DNA of 64,000 bases from Lingula anatina (taxonomy: Eukaryota; Animalia; Brachiopoda), in assembly GCA_051362555.1 (NCBI GenBank), contig CM120647.1:5766001-5830000 (forward strand), read 5' to 3'. How positions within the stretch are numbered: the first letter of the stretch is position 1; every line of letters begins with the position of its first letter. This document shows positions 25,470 to 37,648 of the stretch, one piece after another. A program made the translations under genes and the position numbers. Under the pieces are notes generated by a model. It had not been told where the DNA came from. It did not search any database and was given only the letters and a program-made list of their open reading frames with translations.

Positions 25470-28110
25470 AAGATGTCCTTGTATTTGTTATAGTAGTAAT
25501 AGTAGTAGCGGTAGTACTAGTAATAGTACAGTTGTGGGGTAGGGACATGTAGTGCTGTGTATTATATAGCTACAGTGATAAAAGCTTTACCAGCAGTGCC
25601 AGTAGTAGCGGTTGAAGAAGTGTATTTGATCCGTTAATTAGAACTGAATCTTCTAAATTTGCATACATCAGATATGTATATATTTGTACGTTTTAATTAT
25701 TCAAATATACTTAGACATGACATGTTGCATGGCAGTTTAAGAGAAGTTCATTTAAAATGCAAATCAAGATTTAATTTAAATGTATCTACAATTAAGTTAA
25801 TGTACATAGGCATGGCATGTTTCATGTCAGTTATGAAAGCTAATTTGAAATGCAAATTAAGATAGAGTATAAAGGCAGTGACTGAGCCACAGAGACAGGG
25901 GGACTTACAGACTGAGAGAGTTAGAGATAGTTATAGATACGGTAGAAGAGACCTGAGTCTTCAGGCGCTTGAATAAACCATGTAACAGAAAACTATCCCT
26001 GCCTGTCTCAGTTGTCTTAATTATTGGTGAAAAAGTAACTCAAAGAACAGGTGTATAACCACCGACTGGTTATTACAATTTGCCCTCCCTCTGCCCTAGA
26101 TATTCTACTAAAATTGTCCTCGTCTTTTATCCTATATTCGCGACCAACGCGAGGTAACATGTTTTTATCCTTCCACTCCCTCCCACCGGTAGTAATGTGT
26201 AACTGTGGACCCATAGTCCAAGTTACAATGGATTATAACAAGGGTGTTGAGTAACGCATTTTTCAAATATTGTTCTGTACGTCATGTGAACGGACTACGA
26301 TTCAACGCCGAAGGTACACAGTACAACAACAATAACAACAACAACAACAAAAAAAAAAAAAAAATTATAATAATAATAGTCATTTCCAGAAATCAGTGCC
26401 TACCTTCCACGGACTGCCCCAGTATTTCGTCATCCTGGGACGTACATGTTCCGTCCATATAACACACTCCCGACACATAAGCGTTGTAGAACATAAAGTT
26501 CCCCGTTCCCTGGAAAGAATTCAGAGATTTAATCCTACAGGTTAGGGTTAGCCTGACGTAAATGGGTCAAAACCTGGGCCGAGGCTTACCTGTGCAAATA
26601 AACGGGAACCGGTCTCTCCATTATGGAAGGGGAGGGGGCTGTTTCGCCGACCTCAAAGTGGCCAAAATAGAAAAAAATAAAATTGAGCCCATTTATTTTT
26701 TAACCGACGGCCGGTTGATCATGTGGTTATATTGATTACATAAACTTGTGTCAAACAAAAAAATATGATAAAATCACTACAGTGCCTGTACATAAAAAGG
26801 AAATGAGAAATTAATTTATTTCGCACTTACTACACTGTTAAACCCCTCACTGTCGGCTTGAATTCTTGGCCCGCGATTCCGGGTCATGTTGTGGTTGATA
26901 AGTCTATTATTCGCCGTCATCGGGTCCGAGTGAAAATACCCCGTGAAATGAAGACGAGGAAATCCGAGATAGGAATGTTTCAGCCCTGAATAGATAAATA
27001 AACATAATTATTGATTTGAAAAGACGGACAATTTGTCTACTTATTCTCTGCTTCTAATTTGTCCGCTCATAAAAAAAGAAAACTACATTATCTAGGTAAT
27101 GTATGCTATATTACAAATGTGTAAATTCCATGTATAACACTGTCGCTCTGTTTGCGCTTGTAAGTTATAGAAATATTTGACATAAATATTTTAGAATAAA
27201 TGGAGTAGAGTTTAAGATATTGATAAATATGAGAGGTTTTATGAATACACCTTTAATCTCTTAATCCAACTTTAAAATTGAGGATTTGAGATAAATCAAC
27301 CAAGCTTGTAATATATAGCAATAGGAAACGTTATCTTACAGAGTGCTCTAAAATGTTTTCCTTGTAACTGCCCATTGCTGATATATTTTGCATCTATATA
27401 TGTAGATGTTTACTCAAAAAGGCGCAATTAAAATAATCTGTATTAAATTAACATTAGAACAATAACAAAATAACATAGCGTAAAAGAAAGCTGATATAAA
27501 CAATGAGCAGTGAAGGGGCGAGTATATTTTTGGGACACCCTATAGTGACAATATAGACGGTCATATATATTTAAGAGCTCGGTTTAAAAGATGAATGAAA
27601 AAACTAATGAATTAAATAAGTGAAATTAAATAAATGAAATCAGTTAAAAAGAAATGGAATATAATGAAATACATAAAAATTGCACAGCATATGTGTAAGA
27701 CAGTTTAAAAGGATTTTAAAAAAGTTGTCCCACAAGTATGAATTCCTTAGATTGTCTGTCTTGATATTTGGGACTATTGACTAAAATTAATATGCAACAG
27801 GGCCTGTTACACAAAACAGCTTCTGTTCGACAATCTTTGTTCAGCGTCACTTCTAGAGAAAATTCATAAAAAAACCTAAATATAAATAGTCTACAATGTG
27901 CTCTGAAATATTACCCATGTGTTTATTTTCATACAATAGACAGTTTTTCATTTACACTAATGAGTCATCATGGGCGAAGGTGAACTGAAGTTACAAATAT
28001 GAAAAAGAAGAGCATGAAAACTTACTTTCATTCGTCCTTGAATTAGAAGCGGCAGGTACGATCCCGAGTTGTCCACATATTAATAATACCATGAAAAGAA
28101 ATGTCACCAT
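22417..28110 (-). CDS. Secreted VioB/RebD/StaD-like protein with C-terminal ferritin-like domain, 1047 aa; coding exons 28110-28026, 26985-26831, 26509-26404, 25214-22417
   Basis: Four GT-AG exons join in frame (85+155+106+2798 = 3144 nt): MVTFLFMVLLICGQLGIVPAASNSRTNER-LKHSYLGFPRLHFTGYFHSDPMTANN..-GTGNFMFYNAYVSGV..-DWFDRAPAKLVDISP..(907-aa ORF). Family motifs: PRLHF, GRLVGTIGP, HMPTTRDLS, LQQALELELSTIPPYL, QEMLHMALVGNLL, EIEKP, EQGEG, SHYFKF. An acceptor at 28116-28117 implies an upstream non-coding exon. Confidence 0.85.
25360..25530. repeat. (AGT)n/(AGC)n low-complexity tract in the VioB-like gene intron
   Basis: Imperfect agtagtagt runs. Confidence 0.9.
25680..26077 (+). mobile_element. 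Possible solo-LTR-like insertion in the intron
   Basis: TATAAAGG at ~25868, AATAAA at ~25972, ends ...TATTACA; 5' boundary and TSD not resolved. Confidence 0.3.
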
Positions 28111-28822
28111 TTTGTCTGTTGGAGGACAGATCGTTTATTGAATTTTAAAATAAACCTGCTTGACGCTTCAAACAGGGTGTCGACTGTCTTCTTCCGGTCG
28201 TTTGCAGTTCACAAGTCGTGATGATATCAGATAATTTCCGAGAAACATTTGATACGAAGTTCGATAAAATGTCGACAAAACATTCTATTAACATATAAAT
28301 AAACCCAGTAAAGGAAGACCGCCATTGTTTTGATAACGTTCTAATTCTAGGAAATGTGTGAAATTTGACGCTGATAATGCTGTGTAGACTGGTAAACAAA
28401 ACGCGTAAGGTGAATACTGGTACGTCGAGCGGAAAAAATTCACCATGAATTCTGTCTACCGCTAGTGGTGGGGGCGTACACTGTACGGCATTGGATGAAA
28501 TAAATAAAACGTAGGGGTCATCGATAGAAAATCGCCTGATTTCCTCTCGTCATGCTTCTTAGACTTTTATCCAAGAGGCGAGAGAGCGAAGGGGGGGGGG
28601 GGGGTTACAGGTACATTTTTGCCATGAGCTATGTTTAAATAGAAACATTTTTGTCTAAGACGAGGCGTACATTCTATTCACCACAGTGTTATAGCTGACC
28701 ACATTACAGCTAGCACAATTAAACAGCACATAAAGTTAGCGAGGGCGTTCCCATAAATCCATCTTTGTAGCTGAATCGATCTAGCTCTGCATTCTGTGTA
28801 AGCTGCTTTAATGTCTGGCACG

Positions 28823-28898
28823 CCTACTCAAGCTGCTAGGGGATACTTACCGATAGTCATCCTACTCAAGCTGCTAGGGGATACTTAACGATAGTCAA
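28823..28898. repeat. Tandem duplication of ~38 bp (cctactcaagctgctaggggatactta.cgatagtca)
   Basis: Two adjacent near-identical copies upstream of the VioB-like gene. Confidence 0.9.
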
Positions 28899-30107
28899 TT
28901 ACCACCTAGTTACCCAAATTCTAAGACTGCGTTCCCATTATTTTATCGTACTGGCTGGATTTATTTTGTAGAGTGTTACAGTGGTTACTCATCTGCCTTT
29001 AAAACATACAGCGCAATCGATGCTAAGGATAAGAGAACGTTACAAATTTGTGTTGTCTACAGTCTACATACTTGCAGTTTATCGTCAGTAAAGGCAACAA
29101 AGCGTTGTCTTCACTATAAATTGAGACACTGCTCGAGGAGGTTTATCATTCTGTGGGTTAAGGTTATTGTCACCCCTCGCCCAAGACTCCTTATTTACTG
29201 CCTTACATACATTCTTTTGGCTAGTAGACAAATTAACATTTACACATATGTCATCTTATGGATGACGCCATAATTGCCATATTGGGGTAAAAGCTGAAAA
29301 AAAAAACGGTTTCTCAAAATTCTCTTTTACCTGAGCACCCACGATCACCATTTTAACGCCAATTTAATGACACGATTTAGTACTTCAAAACCCTGCCAGC
29401 GATTTTTCTTAGAAGTTCAGATTTTATCGTTCAGAAAACAAAATAATGCCTTTTTTGTGTGTTTTCTTATTGTTTTAAATCAGCCCAAAAATAGATGCAT
29501 AATTGAATTATTAGATGCAGAAAAACTTCATATTCGATAATCGGTTGATAATAAAGGGTTACATTATCCTTATTTAAGTAGGGTATAGTTTCTGATCAGT
29601 TTACCACATTACAATTTTTCTCTCCGTTTTTGATAGGGAGTTCAGCATGGTTTTTGTTTCCTACCGTCGAGTATTGAGGTTTTCCATCAATCTTTCTTGA
29701 GGCAGTGTTTGCACCTTCCTCTTGTAGCTGGGGTTTGGAGTGTCTGCCCTTTGCAATAGCCAACTCATGGCTACGACTGCGTTCCCATAAACCCATCGTA
29801 CCAGCTGGATGGTTCTAACTCTGCAGAGATTCTCGCTGAAGTGCATTCCGTTTTATCAACACCCTTTGTCATTTGTTTAGATAAAGAGATATAGCAAGCA
29901 GTGATCAGGTAAAGCCCCCTTTCTGCGTCCCGAAGTACGGCCCTGTCTAAGAGTAAATTAAATACTGTACGTGCCGACAACTGGCCATCATTAAGCATTC
30001 ATTCTGCAACGGAAGCGATGCTTGTGCCTCCTACGACCACAAAAATGCCAGTTTCATGGTCGCAAAAAGGGGACGCAAAAAGGACGCCCCCAGTGTAAAA
30101 GGGGTTA

Positions 30108-31048
30108 TTGGCCAGTCACAAATCAGTTGCGATGCGTCGGGGATGGGTAAAACCCGGGAAATTTGAACAAAATCTTGAGACTGTTCTCACGATTTTGCAC
30201 CCGTCGGAGGCGCTCTCCGGACGCCTGCGGGTTGTCGCAGATTTTTTAGACATCGCCACACCCGTCGCGGTCCCCAACTTTGAACTTAAAAATCATAAGA
30301 TTGCTCGCAAGATTTTTCACCCATTTTGGGCATCCCAGACACAATCTCCGATGACCTACGATGCCCTCCGATTAATCGGAGGCGTCCTCCGAATAATCTG
30401 AGGCTAGTCGTAAGATTCTGTGTGGGATTGGAAAATCAGGTTGAGATTCAATGTCTGCGAGTAGTATCCGGCGCCCTCCGACTGAATCGGAGGCGCCCTG
30501 CGACGATTCGTACGCTTTATGTGATCGTCTCCGACGAATCGTTTGAGACGCTCTTGCTGCAGGAGGATGTGACAGAAGATTTTGAAGATGTCAAGGGGAG
30601 GACCAAGGGGAGGAGGCAGGGGAGGAGGCAGAGGAGGAGCCTCTGGGGCGGAATCAGCGCCAGCTTCTCTGCAGAGTTGAAGTGACTGTTCTATGTACAA
30701 CCAGATGAGGGATACCACGCTACAGTACAGTGTACAGAGAGAAATACAGATGACCGAGGTCAGAAAACCCTCCTTTTCCCCCACATATACCCAGGGGGAA
30801 AAAATTACAAGAAAAGACGCTGGCAGATATCATCTCCGATCGCCTCCGATGCAATCGGAGGCGATCGGAGGCTAATCCCACGATTTTTCGACAAAACCGG
30901 ATCAAAATCCTTGAAAAAATCTCAGACAATGTGACTGCTCCACTTTTATAAGGATTATTGCTAGGATTGTTCAAGGATTCTTTTTTTTCTACGACGACCC
31001 TCGGCCAAAACTAATCCCCGACAGATCGCCGACATTGTGACTGGGCCA
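30108..31048. mobile_element. Non-autonomous PIF/Harbinger-like DNA transposon, ~940 bp, TTA TSD
   Basis: tta|ttggccagtcacaa..gcgatgcgtcggggat ... atccccgacagatcgcc..ttgtgactgggcca|tta; internal ctccga-N-tcggag palindromes. Confidence 0.7.
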
Positions 31049-31059
31049 TTATGTGATCA

Positions 31060-31415
31060 GTGGGCGAACCTGAAAAATGTACTATGCCAAGCAGACCATC
31101 GCTAACAATTGCGTGATGTACAGTGCTGCAACCCTGCCTGTTATTACCAGGGAATTGCTCAGTGTTCTACGGTTTAGGATTTTCAATCTGAATAAAATGC
31201 GTAGGTTTATCAAAGTTCTCCCTTGGAAGTAGGTAATGGTGTCTAAGATTTTCTTAGTTTAAAGGGAGATTCCACTTGAAATAGTTTTATTTGGTATCAG
31301 TACAGAGGACAAATTCTCGATGTCCGTAGTGTCTTGCAAATTCCTGGTCCTGGAATTAAAGTCTCCCATCAGACAAACTGAGCCGAGAGTTTCAAATGTA
31401 ACAATATTATCTTTT
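31060..31415 (-). mobile_element. Degraded LINE fragment (AP-endonuclease region)
   Basis: GSVCLMGDFNSRT motif typical of non-LTR retrotransposon APE domains; broken frame. Confidence 0.6.
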
Positions 31416-31556
31416 TTTCCATAAGCATGTTTGTATTTCATACGACTACACGGGTCGTTTACTACTTATCTCATTAGTATTCATTCATTTATTTATTTGT
31501 ATTTAGAAACATCATGTATTCGGAGTCCATTTTTGGCTACTACTTAGTCAAATCAC

Positions 31557-33458
31557 TCATAATTCGAAGAATTTAATATCACCGCCACTTTCCGCAACGA
31601 CCAGTTGTCCTAGATGGTTTATTACAACATCTGTTGGCTTGTAAAGTCCATTTTCCTTGCTTAAAAGAAGCCGCTTGAATTCCCCATCTGGCGAAACCAG
31701 GTGTAGGCGATGGTTGGCGAGGTCTGTTAGAATGATGTCACCACTATCCAAGCAGCATGTGCCGCACGGGGTGTCCACCTGTTCGTCTCCATCACCCTTG
31801 GAACCATATCTGTATTTAAGCTGGAGAGTGGAATCGTAGACACGGATGTAGTCATCTTGATCTGAGACTATGATGTCATCATTCACATTACAGTGGATAT
31901 ATTTGAAATATTCCCCCTCTGAGTCCGGTGTCGTCTGCAGGACTTTTCCATCCTTGTGGTGCACAGTCAGAGTATTAAAACTGGCTACAACATATTGACC
32001 CTTGCTGTTGACCGCTACTGCTTGAGGTGACTCACAGTGGAAAGTTCTCACGTGGTCCCCTGTCTTGGTGAATACAATGATTTCATTTGACCCCTGACAT
32101 CCGGTGACAATGTTACCGTCATCATCAGTGGCAATCCCACCAAACACCTCCTTTTCTGCTGCTCTTTGATTAGGAATTGTTCCCTGTAGGGCAAAGTTGT
32201 TATCGTAAATGTGGATTCTATTCCGTGCCCTGTCCTCATTACACCAAATACCAATTAGGATGTCACCATTTGTATCAGTGGTCACATGACTGATCATCTC
32301 CTCAGGACAGTCGGCCAAGTCTACTTTGAATGATGTCACCAATCTTCCACTGGAAGCAGGAATCACGTCTCCAAGGCAACTGTTGATACTGGTAACGCAC
32401 TCCTCCATGCCGTTGGTGATAAGCTGTAGCTGGGTCATGGCTGCAGGAAGGGCCGGTATGTCAATAGTCTGAACGCTCTCGACGCTTTGCTCACAGGCAG
32501 AGACCATTTGCAGGACATCCATAGCGTTCCCGTGGTTAATGAGCTTTCCCGAGAAGGCTACAACGTCGCCCAGTCGGTTTTGGTTGGCGGTTGCAGTTGC
32601 AATTAAATCATTTAAAATATCTAATTTGGCATTCGACTTGGCGTCTATTTCTTCCAGAATATCATTGGCACGTTGACGGGCCGTCGTAATAACTAGCTCT
32701 AACTGCTTCTTAACTTGAGTCTTTGCCTTTTTTCTTCCTTCTTCTACTGACGCTTTCTGGTCTTCAGCAGCGGTCTTGAACTGATCGTAGAGTAGACCTT
32801 TCTTCTGTGTAGATTTTACGCGAAATTCTAGTTTTTCCTTGCGTTTGTCAGCAGCAGTGTTTATTCTTAGGCAATCGTGACCCTGGTGTTCTAAAACCAT
32901 GCAGCCGACGCAGACGAACTTTTTACAAAGTGGACAGTAGATTTCTACGGGGTCCTTGTTGTTGTGGTCACAAAGGGTATTTTGTCGGGCACGCATCTCT
33001 TTCACGTATTCGTCGCTGTCAAATTGGTCGAGAGGAAACAATTTGTGGTCACGGCAGAACTTATGAAGGACATGGTCTGAAGAACAATCTCCACACATAC
33101 TTTCCTCGCAGTCCAAACAGCGTTTTGTTGCCGTGGGTGGATTGAGGACATTTTTCAAACAACATATCGCGCATTTCTTGGCAGCCTTGGCTTGTTCTAC
33201 TTGACCAAGTGTGTGTGATATGCTGACCAGAAGATGGTTTGTTTGTAAACCATTTACACCGCCCCCAGGGAGGTCACATTGACGCCTACAGATAGGACAA
33301 GGGAAGCCAGACTGACCTTGGACATTTTTGTCCAAATAGTCTTGGAGGCAATGCTGGCAAAACGTATGTGTACAGCCGAGGACCTTGGGGTCCTTGAACT
33401 TTCCAAGGCATATGCTGCACGTTAAGAAATCTTCCGTTAGGATCTTGGACAGAGACAT
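31557..33458 (-). CDS. TRIM-NHL protein copy 1 (RING, two B-boxes, coiled coil, NHL beta-propeller), 633 aa
   Basis: CSIC..CTHTFCQHC..CPIC RING; CAIC..CLDC..CGDC..H B-box1; CDH..C..C..CVGC..H..H B-box2; NHL repeats (PCGTC..GDIILTDLANHRLHLVSPDGEF). Start placed at MSLSK by alignment with the paralogs. Confidence 0.93.
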   Translation of the reverse strand: MSLSKILTEDFLTCSICLGKFKDPKVLGCTHTFCQHCLQDYLDKNVQGQSGFPCPICRRQCDLPGGGVNGLQTNHLLVSISHTLGQVEQAKAAKKCAICCLKNVLNPPTATKRCLDCEESMCGDCSSDHVLHKFCRDHKLFPLDQFDSDEYVKEMRARQNTLCDHNNKDPVEIYCPLCKKFVCVGCMVLEHQGHDCLRINTAADKRKEKLEFRVKSTQKKGLLYDQFKTAAEDQKASVEEGRKKAKTQVKKQLELVITTARQRANDILEEIDAKSNAKLDILNDLIATATANQNRLGDVVAFSGKLINHGNAMDVLQMVSACEQSVESVQTIDIPALPAAMTQLQLITNGMEECVTSINSCLGDVIPASSGRLVTSFKVDLADCPEEMISHVTTDTNGDILIGIWCNEDRARNRIHIYDNNFALQGTIPNQRAAEKEVFGGIATDDDGNIVTGCQGSNEIIVFTKTGDHVRTFHCESPQAVAVNSKGQYVVASFNTLTVHHKDGKVLQTTPDSEGEYFKYIHCNVNDDIIVSDQDDYIRVYDSTLQLKYRYGSKGDGDEQVDTPCGTCCLDSGDIILTDLANHRLHLVSPDGEFKRLLLSKENGLYKPTDVVINHLGQLVVAESGGDIKFFEL

Positions 33459-35088
33459 GACTCTAAGGACCAGTATCTTAAAAAAAAGAGAAATTAAATT
33501 AGTCAATTAAATGCTAAAGTATATGGTGGTGGAGGTAGACGTCGTAATAATCATATTTCTGTAAAATAGGGAATCGACAAATGTAATGTGGAAAAAGTAG
33601 TTGTGAGAATCGAATATAGTTATTATTTTACATGCGTAATTCTATGATATTCATTCCTGTACAAATTCCAAAGAAAAGTACACACCGGTAGCTCACTTAC
33701 ATATATTGAAAAGATAATTTATAAAACCAGGCATGTCACGCATGCTTAATGACCCCAACGAATGCAATCCAACTATCCGAACTGATATATCAAAATATAC
33801 ACTTTGGGAGCTCGTTATCTAGCTTTAAAATGAGCTATACAAATTAGACTATATGCCATGTACTATAATATATTGAGGGCAATGTTTGGCTTGTTATATT
33901 GTAATCTGGGAGGGGAAAAAGGGTACCAAAGAGGTTAAGGGAGGATCACGTGTCCGGTGTACCCAACCCAACCTCCCTTCACCCTCGGGTACGCTACTGT
34001 AAAATTCCCTTGCATGGTTTGGTTTGGTTCATCAAATATTTTACAAGAGACTTGACTTCAGAGTGTTTCTATACCTTTTACCGCTGTGGATGCCTACAGT
34101 AACATTTTTTATACAGGCAAGATCTCAATATCACCCTGTCTTAGATGTTTATGCATTTCACTGAGATAAGCAATGCAGCTTTTAAAAGTATTTAAACATG
34201 CAATAACCTTTCGTGAAAGTAATTGTTAAAGGAGTTTTCAATAATATTTTGACTAATAGACAATGTTTTACACTAAATTCTAAGTATGACAAAAAGCAGT
34301 ATGCGAGCCTATGAAAATATAACCTTTGCGGATTTTAGAACTTTGCTGCCATTCTCTCAAACAAAAAACCCTGGTATATCTTAAAGTCCAAAGAACCACC
34401 ACAGGTTATGTCTACTACCCTGTTAATAAAACACTTCATATTACCCTTCTGGCATATTTGTATACAGTTGTTTTCTAAACGAGCACCCTTTATATCGAGT
34501 AACATTAAAGAAAGTAGTACCTCTTCTCCGCAACACAAATTCCCTTTTTGAAAAGTATATATTAGAAATGTTTACTTTGCTTGGCTGTGCGTGCATATAA
34601 ACCTTACCCTTTCGTTGCAGTAGGCGTAAGCAGACAAATTTATGTTTTGCTATGGGACTAAAACAACATGTATGACACTTTCATTTAAAAAAGCCAGGAC
34701 TTATTTTGTTAAAAATATTGCTGGGGATCCTGCCTATTTCTTTCAATATTGACGAGTTGCTGTGATTGTTAACATACAGATATAGTTCTACAAGCAACAC
34801 GGCCATGAAAGAGCTAGGGTTGAGTAGCTTACAAATAAAGAATACAGGTGAGCGTTTTATTTTTTTCAATACCCTGGGTTCAATGCAGCGTAAGAAATAG
34901 AACACCCATGTTTACCGTCGGCATGAGGCCTGGGAGAGAAATCAAAAGTTTTTCTGTTCTTTTTTCTGAGCCACTCCAGTTAATAAAACGCTCAATTTCA
35001 GTTTAGACTAAAGTATGTCTCTTGTTGGTTGAAGACGCGTAGTTGAAAATGTGAAGTATACTTTTATCTAAAACAAGATGGAATCTAA

Positions 35089-35303
35089 GGCTCTATTCCC
35101 ATAGATTTTAGATCGATCTATCCCCGCGGGGAGTCTCACTAGATTACTTTCAGATAATCCGACTTAAATGTCCGTCCCGCCTACTACAAACTGTAAGGGG
35201 GTAATTAACTTTCGTGTCCGCCCGGTTGACAGCTATTTAGCGTGAACCCCCAGGGAGTTAGGTCGATCTAAAGTAGGTCGATCTAATCTATGGAAATGGG
35301 GTG
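35089..35303. mobile_element. Harbinger/Tourist-like MITE, TAA TSD
   Basis: Present in the copy-1 intron (gaatctaa[...]taaaagagtcac) and absent at the paralogous site ~49097 (gattctaaaagagtcac). Confidence 0.8.
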
Positions 35304-35486
35304 TAAAAGAGTCACGCAGAATCGACTGAGCCGTTGAAATGGCGCCGCTGATTTCCTTTAATACCTAGCACATGTGTTTGTTACACATTTTACGCAATTA
35401 CACCAATGTAGATATATTTCATATGCGAGAAGGCAGTTTAAATATAACCTTTATGTATAAGAAATGAAATATAATTTCCCCCTTAC

Positions 35487-35566
35487 CTTTCACATGGGAC
35501 TTTGACGACATTCGCGTCTCTGTTCAACTGGCAGCTGTGGCTTTTCTAACGACCTAGATTATAAAA
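35487..35566 (-). promoter_or_regulatory. Putative TATA promoter and non-coding first exon of TRIM copy 1
   Basis: Minus strand TTTATAAT (35566-35558), CCAGTT Inr-like ~30 nt downstream, donor AAAG|GTAAGG at 35486; conserved upstream of copy 3. Confidence 0.55.
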
Positions 35567-37648
35567 TGACGAACAGGTGACCCTGAGGTAAACAGAACAC
35601 GTCACTCCCATCCGATCTCATTCGTCGATGAGTTATCCTCGTTCCGATAGTGAGCCTCGTTTCAAATCCTAACACTATGGCTCCGCACGCGGCAGCAATA
35701 TTCGCTAGGCGAGAACGTGATGAAACATTATTGCTTCACCGCTCGCTTCACAAAATATTTAATGATCTTAAAATTTTGTATTATTACATGAACTGTCGTA
35801 TGATTACCTACAGAAGGAATTGAGAAGCGTGTTTTCTGAATGCGTGTGACATACATGACAAAACTCAACAAATAACTAATGTGCAATGTGTGAGTCAAGT
35901 CACATCTACCGCAATACATCATCATGGCCGTAGTGGTATCACCGTCTCCGGATCTTAAAGCTTTTAAAAAGTCTCCTCACACGTACCATCGGGTATAATG
36001 TCAAACGTACCGTAATCAATTAACTTTTTAACATTCTGCTGGGGGAGCTTACTGAAGATGCTCTTAGATGCGATGTAGTTCGCTCATACAAATCTGTCAT
36101 AATTATATCGAATCCGTAATCGGGAACCAATATCTTTCTGAGTCGGTTAAGAGGCCCCATGAGTAACTGTTTACGTATTTAAATTCTTCCGTATACCTAT
36201 GGTCCCTGTACAAATTTGGCAAAAACTCGCACACGATTTCGTAGAGTAATTTTTGTGATATTCGGAGAGAATTGAAGTAGCAAGCAATGAAAATGGCCGA
36301 GGGATACTACAGCCAGACGCAAAGGGCACGTGAGGCGGTATTGGGTTTAAGTCCATATTTGGTCTTACGTAAATGAAATAGACTTTTCAAGCGAAACTGT
36401 GAGGATACTCCAGGTGGGGTAGAAAAATTTATGACAAAAACCGCAAGGGGTCTCTTAGAAGAGATTTTGGAAATTTGTTGAAAGGGACTGTCTAGCAAAC
36501 GATCCCAAGACATTTTCCGCGCTCTTTGTCCTTTTTCTGCATGAACCAGAAAAATTCAAATCAGAATCAGAAATTAATCGTAGCCGAGTTAGGAAAGCGC
36601 TATCAACATTGTGTATCCACAGGAACTGTTTTCTATTTACTAAACCGTCTCACGAAATCTAATCTTCCACATGCTGATTTACCCCTCCTTTAAATACGCA
36701 ACATGACCCCCAGAAAGTTATCGATACCTGCGTTGCTCACGATGAAATTCTCCGCTTTGGGAAATCTGCGTCAGGGGAGACGTATGTGGCAGAGGCGAAA
36801 ACTGTGCTCCTGGTCGGAAATCTGCGTTCAGACAGAAATCTTAACTACGACCGAAATCTTTGCTCGGATAGAAATATGTGCCAGGATCAGGGATACTTAT
36901 TCCGCGCAATTGAACGGAACTACAGCTTTTCCATCCTTTACTTTAAACCCGATTAATTTACACACAGACAACAATTGCAAATATTCAGATTGAGAATGCA
37001 ACAATATATTAATATATGAAAAATGTTATATTATTTAATTAATGAGATATAGATTGATTAAACAATTAACATTTCAATTAAATTTTCCCATTCGTACAAT
37101 TTATAACAAACGCCTCTCTGTCCTCTCAGAATGATACATGCATTGCAACAGTGTAAATACATAAATAAAATAATTTTAAACATCAATACAGTAGATTATT
37201 TTACAGGGGAAACAATTCTCTAAAACTGAAAAAAAAAATAATACAGGAGTGATACTTGTAACAGTATAAACCTTGACATATTCAGAATCCAGTCGCTTTG
37301 ACATATTTCTTCTTTCCCAAAAATTACAGATGCTAATTTTTTTCAGTCATTTCCAGTATAACCAGGTAACAATTAATGTTTGTATTACAACAATATGCGT
37401 GGTGCACAAATACAGATTTACAATATTCTGTGACATCATATGCCTGTTTAGTTACAGATAACAATTTTCGCCCTTAAAGGATATGCAACCAATGGGCCGA
37501 GGAATTATACTGAAACAAAACGTTTATGGTCCACGTCTCATAAGTTTTACACGAGGCCGGCTGACATTACATTGTAAGTAAGAATCGATTTAGTCTTTTG
37601 TATTATCAATCATATAATCGGTGTCCATTGTTAGTTTGATATCATGAG

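Noticed and set aside
30108-30974. Overlapping 60-126-aa ORFs including a poly-Pro stretch
   Set aside because: They lie inside a GC-rich TIR element and show no recognisable domain.
20500-31500. A full violacein-type cluster (vioA/C/D/E or LAAO) around the VioB-like gene
   Set aside because: No flavoprotein GxGxxG-type ORF or exon was recognisable in the flanks.
33459-33506. 16-aa N-terminal extension of TRIM copy 1 (649-aa ORF)
   Set aside because: It starts at a non-ATG codon and runs through a polypyrimidine tract and acceptor; all paralogs start at MSLSK.
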